A program made the position numbers and the translations under genes. The notes beneath the pieces are model-generated. The model saw only the letters and a program-made list of their open reading frames with translations. It searched no databases and was not told the origin of the DNA. Of a stretch of 56,367 nucleotides of DNA, positions 25,140 through 38,588 are shown one piece after another. The stretch is taken from positions 154,338-210,704 of the forward strand of contig WELA01001426.1 in NCBI GenBank assembly GCA_009602735.1, given 5' to 3'. Positions within the stretch are counted from its first letter, which is position 1; each line of letters begins with the position of its first letter. The DNA is from Mesotaenium endlicherianum. Its lineage: Eukaryota.

Positions 25140-26310
25140 AGGTAGTTGCGGCTCTTTTCCCCATACATACCCTATGTCATACTTTGTGAGGTCAATCAAT
25201 AAACGGTGATTTATTGAGTCATTTTTAATAAATCTTTTGTTGTGGTTAGCCAGTCTGAGAAAGACTTAAACTTCGGAGATAAATTTAACTATGGGCCAGT
25301 TCTTTATGATTTGGATTTTCTTTGTGTCTGCATATAATTAAATTTTTCCGGAAGTTTCCTTGTCTAACTTCAAGTGTTCAGCATGCTGAGCTTCATTCTC
25401 AAAGAAGATCAATATATTAACTAAAGAGACTTGCACTTGGAATAATTCTCCAACCACTACTCAACATTCCCAAAAGACATCTTATCAGGTGATACTTCTT
25501 GTTGCCCTTGGGATCATAATCTTGAGGCGCCTTTAGCTTAGGCGTATTTGGCCCTTTGCCAAAGCCACTCTGAATTACCACTTCAATTCCTTCCTTGTAC
25601 AAGCTCACGCATTCTCCTATTCACCAACTGAGATTGCATGACCATCATCAATTGCCTATGCATTTCTAGCATCATCATCTCGCCAGCATCTTAGGGGGGT
25701 AAATTAGCATTAACATCATAAAGGCAAACAACAGCAGCTTCCGCATTTCATGATACCACTGCTTTAGTCATTCCTGTTGTGCTTAGTGGCCTGCAAACAC
25801 TTGCTATTGGCACCACACGAGGTAGAGCATAAGGGTCATGGGGAAGAGTAGCCCTAAGTGTTGCATCCTTTTCTTGTGCATTGGCTTCAGCCATACGCCT
25901 TCTATCCTTAGCTTCATTCTCCTTTGCTTTTGCCAACCATTTTGCTTCCATTCCACTAGGCTCTTCGTCTGCTTGTTAAGCTACTACTGCTGCCAATGCG
26001 GTAGTTATTTCCTCAGCTTCTCTAGCTATAGCAACGGCAACTTCAGTGAGAGGACCAAAAACATTTTGTGGTTGACCTTCTATATCATCAATATTGCTAG
26101 CTTTAGACCTTGTGCTTACCAGTCAGAGTACGGAGATAAGAGCACCTATACCACTGAAATGAATTGAACTCTTCATTAAGCTATTAACTATTTATTTAAG
26201 ATGTTTATATCAACCAGTAATCATTATGGTGTTTTCTGGTTAACTTTCTAAGCAGCAAAAGTACGAAGCAACTTGCATAAGCAATTCTTAATAGTCAAAT
26301 GCAAGTACAC
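25140..26310 (-). mobile_element. Highly degraded family-A-related remnant (partial LTR from 26155, PBS-like site, gag start, RT fragment)
   Basis: tgaaatgaat LTR end at 26155; TGGTATAGGTGC PBS-like; peptides PQDYDPKGNKKYHLI (gag) and a DEAQHAEHL/DIGYVWG-like RT piece; boundaries approximate. Confidence 0.7.
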
Positions 26311-27936
26311 TCTGAGACTGGTCTAGTGGAACAAGTAGAAACTTTAAGAGTGAAAATGCCGGAGAAGTACCACTTCAATAGACCCCTCTACTTCTAGCTT
26401 GCAAATGAAGAAGTTACATGCATCTGCGTTTACTACTGACCAATCATAGCAGAAGTTACATGTATCATCTACGACATAACTGACCATTGAGAACACACTA
26501 TTCCGTGCACCAAATTTCAAGTCAAATGCCGCTGACCGTTTCCGAAAGCAAGAAGCTATCGACTTTTGAGAATTAAGTTGTTCTTGCTGCCGACAATCTG
26601 ACAAACTACATCCAAATTTGACTCTTTTTTTAATTGGCGGCTCTAGCCGCATCAAGATGCTTCAACCGACCCACAAAACGAGTCAACACGTGGATGGGTA
26701 TTGTCTGCGCGTGACAAATCAAGTGGCATAAGAATTCACTAAACGGTAAGAATGTGGAGTATGGACCCTTAATGAGACTTGTCTACGAAAGGCCATCCCA
26801 AGAAGCTGCCTTTATTTTGAGCATATTCATTTGCATTGTTGCTATTGGGTCATACGACTCTATTCCAATCAGTAGACATTAAGCACAACAAATGGGCTCA
26901 ATATATGAAACAATTTGGTGCCCACTTTAGCGGGCCTGTGTGCACAATGCTAACATTCTTGACCAGCCATGAAGGCACTTCACCTTCTTTTGCAGGTCTC
27001 TAGCTGTACTCATCTCCCCCTCTGTTTGCAGGCTCCACACGCTTCATCACTTTTTCTTCATCTTGATTTGCCACCAGGGGCTCATCTTCAGACTCCAGCT
27101 CTTTGTCACAAGTGTACTCTTCTGAATCTGAGGCTGAATTCTTCTTCCTCTTGTAGCTTTTGTTTGCTCTCTTCTGTGCACCCTCTCTTGCTACTAGCAC
27201 TCTATTTTCTCTTCTCCTCTCTATTGCAGCGCACGCTCATATCTGGCCCTTTATTTTGCAGCTTTATCTCTCCTCCAACTCGGTTCTAGAGGATCTACGA
27301 CTAAGTCCAATTTTGTCAGGCTTAAATACCTCTGCTTGAATTGTATCACCAACTTTTGGGGTGCTTTGAGTGACAGGTGTCAATTGAAATGCTCTAGTAC
27401 CAGGCTCTTGAGAAACATGGTTAGAAGAGGCCTCGACCCTCACAACTTCCTCATAATGAAAAAATAGAGATGGACTCTTCAAAGTGCTCTTTGGATTCTT
27501 GAAGAGCCCAACTCTTACTCCAATCCTTGTAAGGAGTCAATAATAACCTACCTACGCCTACTACAACTCTTGTAGTAGAAGGAGCCACGAAAGCCATGGC
27601 TGTTCTAATGTTAATCGAAAAAATAAAAGAGCGAGAAGATGCAATGTGGAGGTGAAAATTGAACCAAATTGAACATCGGAATTAGTTGGCATATTCAAGT
27701 ATCTCCGTCGGTACTTCTCTGTTTGACTTGTCTCTCACCTGCCGGTAGGGTTGAATTGTTAACGTTTGTAGGGAGCCCATCTTTGGACAATTTGGTTGAA
27801 ACAAAATATGATGAGGACCAGTAGAAAATGACCTACTAATGGGACAAGATTTGGTTCCACAACAAACAAAAGATTTACCCGAAAGCTAGGTTATGGCCTC
27901 CTAGGTAGGACATTCTAATCAAATCCACAACCATCT

Positions 27937-28670
27937 TGTAATGAGTTAGCATATTGGATAGATGTAATATTTACTTAATTATAATAGTTGGATAAGTTCA
28001 GTCTGCTGAACTTTATTTACTATTGAGCCTGCTGGATGTTTAATACTTAGTTTAATGACTCAATTGGGAGCAGCAGGCTGAAGTCAATTAGGTCAGCCTG
28101 TTGACTTACGTCAGCTTGCTGACACATTCTTTGACAGTCAGTTGACTGCCGTATTCGGTAGCAGCAAACTGCCTAGTTATGCATCTAAGCATGGTGTGCT
28201 AGATGAGTGGCCAGATGACACCCTTAAGGTGGATGGCGAGGCGAGATGATGGGAGGTGGCTGTGGATTTGGTTAGCTGGGGTCCTACCAACGTGGTTAAC
28301 TCCCAAGGAGGCGGTGCCATTGCACTTGCCGTTGAACAGTATACTCATTCCATGTATATATGTTAAGTATTGCTTTTGAGTTCAACATTTGGAAACGAGG
28401 CCAACTCTCTTGTATAGCTTACTGAGAGATATTTGAATCCAAGGCGAGAAGCCATTGATGCCAACAGTCTTCTTATCTTGCTTATGTACAAGTTTGCTGA
28501 TTGCATGACTGATGCTCGTTTACTTGCATTTGACTCGTGAGTATTGTCCACTGCTAGTTTTTATGTCTTGTGCTGTTAAGTTAGTGAGCAAAAAATATCA
28601 TAAAGATTGCTTGCTGATATAAGACATTTTATTAATTATTAAAAGTCAATTGGTAAGCCGATTCATTTCA
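27937..28670 (+). repeat. 5' LTR of element X
   Basis: TGTAATGAG...ATTCATTTCA, diverged family-A LTR followed by PBS. Confidence 0.9.
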
Positions 28671-31570
28671 GTGGTATCAAAGCTAGTTATCACAGTAGTC
28701 TTGTATGGTAAGGACTAGGTCTCAAGCTGTCAACTCTCGTGAAATGGAGGGTGAGGACAATGATAACATTGTGGAAGGGCAAGACGAAAATTGCGACTTT
28801 GGACCCCGTACTTACTTAGAAATGTTGCACGATGCAGGAGTTGGGGAGGCTGCAGAGAAGGCAGCAGCTCTTGCTGCGGTAGCAGCTCAGCTCACTGAAG
28901 ATGAACGTTTAGCAAAAGAGGTAGACAGGAGGAATCCTGAGGAAGGGACAACAAAGGAGCAAATGGCAGAGAGGGCCAATCTTTAAAACCAACCTCCTGC
29001 TGTGCCTACTCTTATACCTCTCCCTCGAATTTGCAAACAACTGAGTGCAACAAGCATAGCCGGAGCGGCAGTAATTGAGAATGCCAAAAGTGCTACTAAT
29101 TGAGCTAACGTTGCTGCTGCTGCGTTTGCCGAGCTACCACCTCAGAATGTAGATCTGGGGGCATTATTTGTGTGAATGCAATCGCAAATGGCGAGCATGT
29201 ATCAGTCCCAACAGGAGGACAGAAGGATCATGATGGCATTGCTACGTGACAGAGACCAACTGGGTTCTCAAACCACTGGTGGTGGTGGCAGAGGGCCTAG
29301 TAAGCCCAAGCCTCAGCCTCCCCAGGATTATGATTATGAGGGGAACAAAAAGTAATACCTGATCAAGTTTCTCGCTGATGTTGAGCAGTGGCTGGAGAAC
29401 TATCTAGAACTGCAACATTACGAGAAGGTCAGGTACATTGGTGCTCTACTGAAAGGCAGGGCAGCAGACTGGTGGCTGTATTGGAAAGGAGAGCGTAAGG
29501 CTCAACAACTCGATGACCCTACTTGGGTAGAGTTTGTCGAGAAACTGCATGAGAAGTTTGATGTCATCAATCAGCAAGAGGAAGCTATCTATGCAATGAT
29601 CTCCTTGACACTGAAGCAGGCCACTTCAGTTGCTGAGTTTGCTCAAAGATTCCAGGAGAACATGATGAAGCAGCCAGATTTGCCAAAGTGGTATAGGATA
29701 GCACACTTCAGGTATGGCTTGAAATCCGAAGTCTCTTGTTATTTTGCTGAAAAGAAGTATGAGAAACTGGCTGCCTTGATGCAGGACGCTGATGCTTGGG
29801 ATCAGCAGCAGTTTGATCACAAGCGCCAGAGTAATGCTTTGGTGTCTAAGATTGTCAAAAAGCCCCACGGTTCTTGCAATGCAATTGAAGGAGAATAGGA
29901 TGACGAGAATCAAAATGATGAGTATGAATATGAGTATAATGCTATGCAATCTACAGGGAGGGGTGGATACTCCCGAGGTGGCTATGGGAGAGGTGGTGGT
30001 AGGACTAAACCGAGACCAGCCTCAGCAAAATCTGTTTGCTTCCATTGCCAGGAGTTGGGCCACTACAAAGAGCAATGTTCTAGAAAGCTCCTTCCAAAGG
30101 TCGAGAGAAAGGATCAACCTTTAAAAGACAGCAACAATCAGCAATCCAATCTACTGACTGTGAGGATGCTAGAGATAGTGAATCGTCACTAGCTACCCTC
30201 GTAGCAGGAATTATGGTTCCTGCTGAACGAGATTCACTATGCATGCCTGACAAACAGATAAAGGAGACCAAAAGGAATATAGATCTTCAGGGAGTGCACA
30301 CTTTAGATGATCTTGTCCCACCTGATGTCCAACATTTCCTTGCTAAATAAGGAGAACAATGCGAAAGTCAGGAAAAGTCAGTCCTCCCTATCCTACTGCA
30401 TTGTGTGGTTGCACGCAAGAAGGTGAGGGCATTTATTGACGGAGGGGCGTCATATACTTTTATCCATAAGGACTTAGTTAAGCGGCTAAGGCTGCCTACT
30501 GTCACCCAAGGGAAAAGAAAAATAATTCCTTGAAGATGCCTCAAGTATCTCGGGATGAGCTATAACCAAGCCTATTGAGGTCCAGTTAGGTTCTGGCATC
30601 TAATTGAAACGCTAACATTTGAGGTACTCAACACTGGCTTTAATGATCTCGTGCTAGGCAGGTGCTGGCTTAACAGACATCAAGCTAAAGTGTGTTGGAG
30701 CAGAGGTACAGTTAAAGTGAGAGGAGCCAGCGATGGGCAGACTAACTTGGCACCCACCAGTGCTCTTCCTCTTGTCCTGTATGGATGGCAAACAAACGAA
30801 AAGAAGAGGCTTCCAGGATGATGCAAATTGCTGAACGCAATGGAGTTCATCGGAAGCTGGAACCAAAAGGAAGACAAAATGTTCAGTCTGCTGTTAAAAG
30901 AGGTACCTCCTCAACCTCAAGAAGTGCTTGAGAAAAAGGTGAGTCCTCCGGAGCACCCTACTACTACAAAAATTGTTGCTCAGTATACTGATGTTTTTAA
31001 CATGCCTCCAGGATTGCCCCCTAAGAGGGAAAAGGACCATAAGATTGATATATTACCTGGTAGTCAGCCACCTTGGCAACGCACATATGGCTTGTCTTAT
31101 GTGGGGAGTGAAGAGTTAAAAACACAGATTGCAGAGCTGGAGGAAAATGGAGATATTTCTCCTAGTAAATCACCTTGTGGCGCACCCATCTTGTTTGTTA
31201 AGAAGAAGGATGGCAGTATACGAATATGCGTGGATTACAGAGCTCTGAACAGAATTACAGTAAAGAACAAGTATGCTTTACCTAGAATTGAGGACTTGCT
31301 TGATACCTTGTCTGGTGCCAATAAAATGACTGACCTTACTAAGAAAGACATAGGTATGTATGGGGGGAAGAGCAGCAACCTTAAAGATCCAGACCCTTAA
31401 AGATGCTGTCTGTTCTGCCCTAGTCTTAGCTGTGTATGACCCCAGCAAACCTGTGGAGGTGGTTACTGATGTCTCTGGCTTTGCCATGGGTGCTATTTTG
31501 TTGCAGCCTGCTGACAAAACCACAAGGGTAAGGTAAAGCAAGAGTGGCACCCTGTGAAATTCAATCCAGC

Positions 31571-32314
31571 TGTAAGGTCATAGGTTTATAAAGTGCAATT
31601 TTGAGTTTCATAAAATTATGTTTTGATTGTACATTCATGTAGAGTGCATTTTTGTGGTCATTTTGATATAAAGTTCATCGAATTTGGTCAAGTATTGAGA
31701 GAGTTGCGGATTTATGAAGTTTAATTTGTTTTGAGGTCGGTCAACGACTGTCCTTAATTCGCGGTGAGCGCGACCGTCGGATTGGCCGACAGCGTCGAGC
31801 GATCTGGCCCGTTAGAATGAACTCGAACCTTCACGTAAGTTCGGCTGACGCGGAGTGCCGACTAGGTCAATTTACCTAGAAGTTTCGGTTTAGCCTAGCG
31901 CGTCTAAGATAGAATATTCTAGTGATGTCGATGCATGTATGTGGACGTCAATTCGGCCCGACACGTCAGATTAGACTGATCTGGCTTACTCACGAATATT
32001 CTGGAAGGGACAATTTGACGAACACTTTGGAAAATCCGTAACTTCCTCCTAGAGAGGAGCATATAGGCAGAAAATTATAAATAGGCATAACTTCTTTGTT
32101 TCTTATCAGTTTTCACTTATGTAAAATCCTACGGGTTTGTAATGACAAGGCCTTTCATCCTACATCATTTGTGAGCAGTTTCTTGCCACTCAAAATGTCA
32201 AGTAATTTTCCTAAGCTTTCTTAGCAATATGCCGCTGCACTCTTGAGTATCATTGCAACTAGCTTTGTTCCTCGTGAGTCACTACGCTTCCACTAGGGCA
32301 CTCTGCCCCTTTCA
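31571..32314 (+). mobile_element. Solo LTR, family D, inserted in the RNase H region of X
   Basis: TG..CA, 744 bp; TSD CCAGC at 31566-31570 and 32315-32319; TATA-like TATAAATAGG near 32076. Confidence 0.93.
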
Positions 32315-32984
32315 CCAGCTGAGATTAATGATTATGTACATAATAAAGAGTTGCTAGTTAATATTCATGTTCTCAAACAGTGGAGAGCATATTTACATGG
32401 CAAAGCTTTAAGGTGATTACAGATCATCTAGCTTTGACTCACTTTGTAGTGATTCGAGTTATTATATATTAGTTCGCATATATTTTAATGTTTTCAAATA
32501 TATTTGGAGTAGTATTGTGTGGAGTCAAGTGTGAATAGGTACTCTAGTAACTTGGTTCATGTCCTTTGTACCTTCCAAGGCATTTTCGAAGTTAGAGGAA
32601 AGACCTAGAAGAACTCCATGTGGCAAAAGTCAGATGTGCCATTTTTAGGTCAAAAGGACATGTGTACATTATTCTAGAAAGAGGTGGCAAGTTTTGGGAT
32701 GTGTTGGGTGCCAACACATCAACATACACCTTCCTAGAAATTACTTATGTAGCAAGTATATAAACAAGAGCTAGAACATAGAAAGACATTCCAGAATCAC
32801 TCTTGTACTTGCCAAAATCCAGAAATATATTAACTTTCAAGAAGCCATCTCTCTTTCAAGAAGCTACCACTTGTGTTCAAAGATCCTTGTCTTGAATAGA
32901 TAAAGTATTCTGTTTTACTAAGTACTTTATCTATCTGTTTCACTACAGTGGTATCGGAGCTAGGCACTTTGGTAGCACAAGAAG

Positions 32985-34265
32985 ATGGCCGATCCTCAAG
33001 ACCAACAGCAAGCTTTCGAAGGAAGCCCTTCCTCTCCAAGACACCCTCCTCCAGCGCCGATGGGAGAGCCCACTCAAGAAAATCTGCAACAACAAGAAGC
33101 ACCACAAGGAGGAGCACACCCTCCTCCAGCGTCGATGGGAGAGCCTACTCAAGGAAATCTGCAACAACAAGAAGCACCACAAGGAGGAGCACCGTCAAAT
33201 CCCGTGGCAGCCGCTATAGCAAAGTTGACCCCACCACAAGGAGTTCCCGCAAATGAGTGGGCAGCCTTCCTAATGACCGTCCACAACCAAGTGGGCTTGG
33301 CCACCTATGAAGCAACCGTGCAAGCGTCAAGAGAAGCTATGGCTGCCATGGTTGCCCCTATTGCGAGCAATGCTCAAAATCCAGCCCCGGCTCAAGCGCC
33401 TCCACAAGAGCCAACGAGAGCAAGGAAACTCATCAAGCCCGGCAAACCCGACACTTTCAACCCCGGGAAAGGTGCCAACCTGAATTTATGGCTCTACCAA
33501 GTGGAGACGTACCTCGCGTTCCTTGAAGTACCCGAGGAGGACTACGTTCCCTTTGCCGTTACCTTACTTAGAGGAGCAGCAACATCATGGTGGCGTAACT
33601 ATCAAGCGGCTATATATCAAGCTATGGCGCACCCCATGCTCGGCCAAGAGCCCCCACCATCATATGCAAGATGGGCAGATTTTCGTGAGGCCCTCAAGAA
33701 GCAATTCATGCCCATCAATGCGGAGAAGATTGCCCGAGGAAAGCTCCACCATCTCAAGCAAACGACGTCCGTTCAAGAGTATACATCCAGATTTCACGCC
33801 CTCACTCTTGAGATCCCCAACATGTCTCTCGAGGAGAAGATTGACCGTTACATCTTTGGCCTCAAACCCAAGGTGGCAAAGGAAGTGGAGTTACGCGACT
33901 TGACGGACTTCTCAAAGATCATTGAAGTGGCCCAAAAGGTGGATACCTTGGATTTCAAGCACTCCGTGCCTTCATCTTCACGGGTACCGACGACGCGGGT
34001 GTACGCAGCCCCTTCCACATCCGAATCTGGACCCACACCCATGGAAATCGGAGTTATTAAAAGGGACCCCGCGGCTGCCCGGAAGAGTGGAAGACCCTCC
34101 AATGACACTTATGATGCAAGAAACCAGCAAGGAGTGAAAGCAAGACTCTCCCCGGCTGAAAAAGAAGCTCTCATGACGGCTGGACTATGCTTCTATTGCA
34201 AGGAAAAGGGCCATCGTGCACTTTCATGCCCCAAAAAGTTGTCAAAAAACGGACAGCGCCGGTAG
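32985..34265 (+). CDS. gag: Gag of element B (retrotransposon gag domain, CCHC zinc knuckle)
   Basis: [42 protein letters not shown]. Confidence 0.95.
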   Translation: MADPQDQQQAFEGSPSSPRHPPPAPMGEPTQENLQQQEAPQGGAHPPPASMGEPTQGNLQQQEAPQGGAPSNPVAAAIAKLTPPQGVPANEWAAFLMTVHNQVGLATYEATVQASREAMAAMVAPIASNAQNPAPAQAPPQEPTRARKLIKPGKPDTFNPGKGANLNLWLYQVETYLAFLEVPEEDYVPFAVTLLRGAATSWWRNYQAAIYQAMAHPMLGQEPPPSYARWADFREALKKQFMPINAEKIARGKLHHLKQTTSVQEYTSRFHALTLEIPNMSLEEKIDRYIFGLKPKVAKEVELRDLTDFSKIIEVAQKVDTLDFKHSVPSSSRVPTTRVYAAPSTSESGPTPMEIGVIKRDPAAARKSGRPSNDTYDARNQQGVKARLSPAEKEALMTAGLCFYCKEKGHRALSCPKKLSKNGQRR

Positions 34266-37200
34266 GCCAGGAGCCTACCACCCCAAGACCCACTTCACGA
34301 GAAGGCAACACGCCAAGTGAGGTGGAGACCCCCGTTGAAGACGACGTTCCAGCCCCAATGAGTTTGAGAGGTTACCTTGGAGGAGAGAAGGTCCACATCT
34401 TGGTGGATAGCGGAGCTCAAGGCAACTTCATTGCTGCAGATTTTGCCACCAAGCACGGTATTACTATGCGAACTCTTGACCACGACGAGGAGATTATGAT
34501 GCCCGATGGATTCTCCTATACTACCCCTTCCAAGAAGACGTACCCCTTGGCACTCTCTATCAAGTCCTTCAAGGATAGAGTAGTGTTCTCCCCCATGCAA
34601 TTGGGCAAGTACGACGTCATCCTAGGGACGCCTTGGTTGACCAAGCACAACCCCCAAGTTGATTGGAGGACCGGTACTATCAAGATCAAGAATGACATCA
34701 CTTCAAGAATCTGTATTTTGCGCGCAATCCAGAATATCCAGACCCAAGACATCCAGAAGCCGGCACACGAGATACTATTGTCCGCCCTCCAACTCAAGAG
34801 ACTTGTGAGGAAGGGACACGAGCTTCTTTTGGCCTTGATCACGCCAAAAGACATCAAGAAAGACATCGAGAGTCAAGAAGGCAGCCCCGTTCCCAAGGAG
34901 ATACAAGAAGTCTTTGAGGACTACAAAGAAGTGTTCTCCCCGGAATTGCCCAAGGGCCTACCCCCCAAAAGATTCGTAGACCACAAGATAGAGTTGGAGC
35001 CCGGAAGCAAGCCCATCTCTCGGCCTACGTTCAAAATGTCATACACGGAGCTAGACGAAGTCAAGAAGCAAATCAAGGAGCTACTGGAGCATGGCTTCAT
35101 TCGACCTAGCAAGTCGCCATTTGGAGCCCCGGTGCTATTTGTCAAGAAGAAAGATGGTACCTTGAGGATGTGTGTGGACTATCGCGCCCTCAACAAGATC
35201 ACCATCAAGAATCGATACCCGCTGCCGCGCATGGATGAGCTCATGGACCGGCTGGTTGGAGCCAAGTACTTCACGAAGATTGACTTACGGAGCGGCTACC
35301 ACCAGATTCGCATCGCAGAACCGGACATAGAGAAGACGGCATTCAGGACAAGATATGGACATTTTGAGTTCATGGTCCTGCCATTTGGACTCACCAACGC
35401 GCCAGCAACTTTCATGACTATGATGAACACCATATTTCAGCCCATGTTGGACAGATTTGTGGTGGTATTCATCGATGACATCCTTATCTACAGCAAGACC
35501 CTTGAAGAGCATGCGAGACACTTGAAAGAAGTCCTTGAAGTATTGAAGCAAAACAAGCTGTTTGCGAAGGAGTCAAAATGCGAGTTTGCCAAACAAGAAG
35601 TGGAGTTCCTAGGTCTCCACGTGACTGCTGATGGCATCAAGATAGACCCCAAGAAGACCACGGTGGTGGAGGAATGGCCAACCCCCACGACCAAGAAAGA
35701 ACTCCAGTCATTCTTGGGATTTGCCAATTGGTACAGAAAATTCATCCAAGGCTTCTCGCACATAGCAGCCCCCCTGACAGATCTACTCAAGAAGGACAGG
35801 CTATATACATGGACCGAGAAAGAGGAAGAGGCATTTCAAGAGTTAAAGCGAAGATTGACCACATCCCCGGTGCTCACACTCCCAAGTCCAAACCCAGATT
35901 GGCCCTTCCACGTCATCACCGATGCATCTTCCTATGCAATAGGAGCAATCCTGCTTCAAGACCAAGGCAAGGGACTGCAGCCCATCGCCTACGAGTCAAG
36001 GAAGCTAAATCCAGCCGAGCAAAATTATACAACCACGGAGCGAGAGGCATTGGCGATTGTACATGCCTTGAAGGTTTGGCGCTGCTACGTTGAAGGACGC
36101 AAAGTACTGGTCACCACGGACCACGAGGCGTTAAAGCACCTCCAGACGCAGCCGTATCTCTCAAGGAGACAAGCAAGATGGAGCGGATACTTGCAACAAT
36201 ACAACATCACGATTCAGTACCAGCCCGGCAAGACAAACCCGGCTGACCCCCTCTCAAGACTGCAATTAAATGCAGTGATGGTATCCCTGAAGACAGATCT
36301 GGAAGCTCGATTTTCAGCCGCCTATGAAAGAGACCCTTACTACAAGAACGGAGAAGCAGCCTTGGACCCATGCAAGAAGCAAGAAGGCAATTATTGGGTG
36401 AGGCAAGATACGGGCCAGAGATGTGTTCCTAATGACTTAGACCTCCGGCTCTTGCTTCTACGAGAAGCACACGACAACCCTCTTGGAGGACACTTTGGAA
36501 TCCTAAGGACCACGGGCGTTCTAGCTAGGACTTATTGTTGGCCAGGCATGTCTAAGCAAGTCAAGGAGTACTGCAGGAGCTGTGACACATGCCAAAGAAT
36601 CAAGCCATCATCGCAAAAGGCGGGAGGACTCCTCCAACCACTACCAATCCCCGAAAGACAATGGACGGACATCTCAATGGACCTTATCGTGGACTTGCCC
36701 GTGACACCTCGAGGCCATAATGCAATACTCACGGTGGTGGACAGACTTACCAAGATGGCTCATTTTATTCCCACGACGACTAAGGCTACAGCACCACAAC
36801 TTGCAAGACTCATCTTTGACAACATCTTCCGACTCCATGGACTACCATCAAGAATTGTGTCAGATAGAGATCCAAGATTCACAAGCCATTTCTGGAAAAA
36901 TCTCTTCAAGAACTTGGGTACATCGCTGGATATGTCTACTGCCTACCACCCACAATCAGATGGGCAAACCGAGCGTATGAATCGTACCCTAAAGACCTCT
37001 CTAAAGGCCTACGTGTCTACCCTCGAGCAAGACTGGGACATGTACTTGACCCCCCTCGAGTTTGCCTACAACAACACTACGCAGGCCTCTACCCAAGAGT
37101 CCCCATTCTTCCTCAACTATGGCTTCCATCCGACCACGCCACTGAGCTTCACGGCTGGCCATGATGAAGTACCTGCAGCCACAGATTTTATGGAGACATT

Positions 37201-37852
37201 AGAAGCAGCCCTTACAGCAGCGAAGAAAGCTCTACAACACGCGCAAGATGCTCAAGCAAGAGTGGCGAACAGATCCAGAAGAGAAATTACGTACAGAGTG
37301 GGTGACAACGTGTTACTATCATCCAAGAACATTTCCCTGAACAACAGGCCTGCCGGCAGCAAGTTCTCTCCCAAGTATTTGGGACCCTTCAAGATTATCC
37401 AGCAAGTCAACCCCGTTGCTTTCAAGCTAGAACTTCCCCAGACTATGCACATCGACCCCGTATTCCACGCTTCCCTCTTCAAGCCATATGTGCAACCCGA
37501 CAACAAGTTCCCAGGACGTGTGACAACCCCACCAGCCCCAACAATAGTGGATGATCATTTGGAGTACGAAGTGGAAGACATAGTGGCTATGAGAAATTTC
37601 AGGAGACAGCAGCAATACTTGATCAAGTGGAAAGGATATCCAGATTCGGAGAATAGTTGGGTGGCGGCGCACTACCTTGACAAAGTTCAGAGAAAGTTGA
37701 AGCGCTTCCATGCCGCCAACCCCCATCTTGGACCAGCCCCAAGTCTCTCTACTAGAAGCCCGAAGACTTCAGGGAGGCAGCCTGCCACCATCAAGAAGCA
37801 GCAGAAGACCCCTTGGAGGCAGCCTGCAAGAACAAGAAAGAGGAAAAATTGA
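34244..37852 (+). CDS. pol: Pol of element B (PR-RT-RH-INT-chromodomain), in -1 frame to gag
   Basis: [75 protein letters not shown] open from 34187, start given at the slippery site. Confidence 0.96.
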   Translation, partial: KKRTAPVGQEPTTPRPTSREGNTPSEVETPVEDDVPAPMSLRGYLGGEKVHILVDSGAQGNFIAADFATKHGITMRTLDHDEEIMMPDGFSYTTPSKKTYPLALSIKSFKDRVVFSPMQLGKYDVILGTPWLTKHNPQVDWRTGTIKIKNDITSRICILRAIQNIQTQDIQKPAHEILLSALQLKRLVRKGHELLLALITPKDIKKDIESQEGSPVPKEIQEVFEDYKEVFSPELPKGLPPKRFVDHKIELEPGSKPISRPTFKMSYTELDEVKKQIKELLEHGFIRPSKSPFGAPVLFVKKKDGTLRMCVDYRALNKITIKNRYPLPRMDELMDRLVGAKYFTKIDLRSGYHQIRIAEPDIEKTAFRTRYGHFEFMVLPFGLTNAPATFMTMMNTIFQPMLDRFVVVFIDDILIYSKTLEEHARHLKEVLEVLKQNKLFAKESKCEFAKQEVEFLGLHVTADGIKIDPKKTTVVEEWPTPTTKKELQSFLGFANWYRKFIQGFSHIAAPLTDLLKKDRLYTWTEKEEEAFQELKRRLTTSPVLTLPSPNPDWPFHVITDASSYAIGAILLQDQGKGLQPIAYESRKLNPAEQNYTTTEREALAIVHALKVWRCYVEGRKVLVTTDHEALKHLQTQPYLSRRQARWSGYLQQYNITIQYQPGKTNPADPLSRLQLNAVMVSLKTDLEARFSAAYERDPYYKNGEAALDPCKKQEGNYWVRQDTGQRCVPNDLDLRLLLLREAHDNPLGGHFGILRTTGVLARTYCWPGMSKQVKEYCRSCDTCQRIKPSSQKAGGLLQPLPIPERQWTDISMDLIVDLPVTPRGHNAILTVVDRLTKMAHFIPTTTKATAPQLARLIFDNIFRLHGLPSRIVSDRDPRFTSHFWKNLFKNLGTSLDMSTAYHPQSDGQTERMNRTLKTSLKAYVSTLEQDWDMYLTPLEFAYNNTTQASTQESPFFLNYGFHPTTPLSFTAGHDEVPAATDFMETLEAALTAAKKALQHAQDAQARVANRSRREITYRVGDNVLLSSKNISLNNRPAGSKFSPKYLGPFKIIQQVNPVAFKLELPQTMHIDPVFHASLFKPYVQPDNKFPGRVTTPPAPTIVDDHLEYEVEDIVAMRNFRRQQQYLIKWKGYPDSENSWVAAHYLDKVQRKLKRFHAANPHLGPAPSLSTRSPKTSGRQPATIKKQQKTPWRQPARTRKRKN

Positions 37853-38460
37853 CATTAGACACTCTTCTCTTCTCGCAGTTTCTGGACAGAAAACTAAAAC
37901 TGCTACTGGTAATAGGTCTCTGCATAATAAATTCTGAAAATTTACCTGGCTGTAGTCCATGAGTAGCCGGTCATTTAGAGTCCAAGTTTGCTCAATTTGG
38001 AGCACTGGTGAGAGAGATATGATGCTCTAAGTAGAAGGGGGTCAGGCTGCTGGCATTGTTAGGACAGAATATGCCTTCTGACATTGTGCCTTCCCCTGAA
38101 CTTGGAATGCTCTGAAACTCAAGACTCTGGTAGAACATCTTACAGCGCCCAGTTTGAGACTTAGTTTGCAGAATTTGGAGAAGTATAGAAGGACTTATGA
38201 TTTTCAGAAGTTTCTGCACAGATTTGGAGGAGTGCCTACTCTCTCAGCTCTCAACGACACTCCAGAAATGAGAATGCTCTCAAATTTGGTGACCCGGTAG
38301 AGTTCTCCGACGCGGTCCGTCTGGCACTCGAATTTTCAGATTTGGAGCAGTTCTGTGGCCGCTATGAATTTTTGAGTTCGTGGCAGATTCTGGGCCAACT
38401 TGTACAATTTTCTTTATCATTAAGGAGTAGGCTAGCCAATAAGGTCACACCACCTACGAC

Positions 38461-38588
38461 CTTGCCTAGTCTACCTTACATGTGTAGCACCTGACTTGGC
38501 GCCTTTGACTAGTCCTCTTCACATGTGTGGCATCTGACTTGAAACTGTTGACTAGTTTGCTCCACATGTGTAAGACCTGACTTGACGC
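38461..38588 (+). repeat. ~43-bp tandem repeat (about 3 copies) just upstream of the PPT of element B
   Basis: ACATGTGT....CTGACTTG units start at 38478, 38521 and 38564. Confidence 0.8.

Noticed and set aside
26340..27930. Short charged ORFs between the degraded remnant and element X
   Set aside because: No termini, TSD or domain motif that I can support; left unannotated
38461..38588. CRISPR-like appearance of spaced repeats
   Set aside because: Degenerate tandem units inside a eukaryotic retrotransposon; no unique spacers, no cas genes
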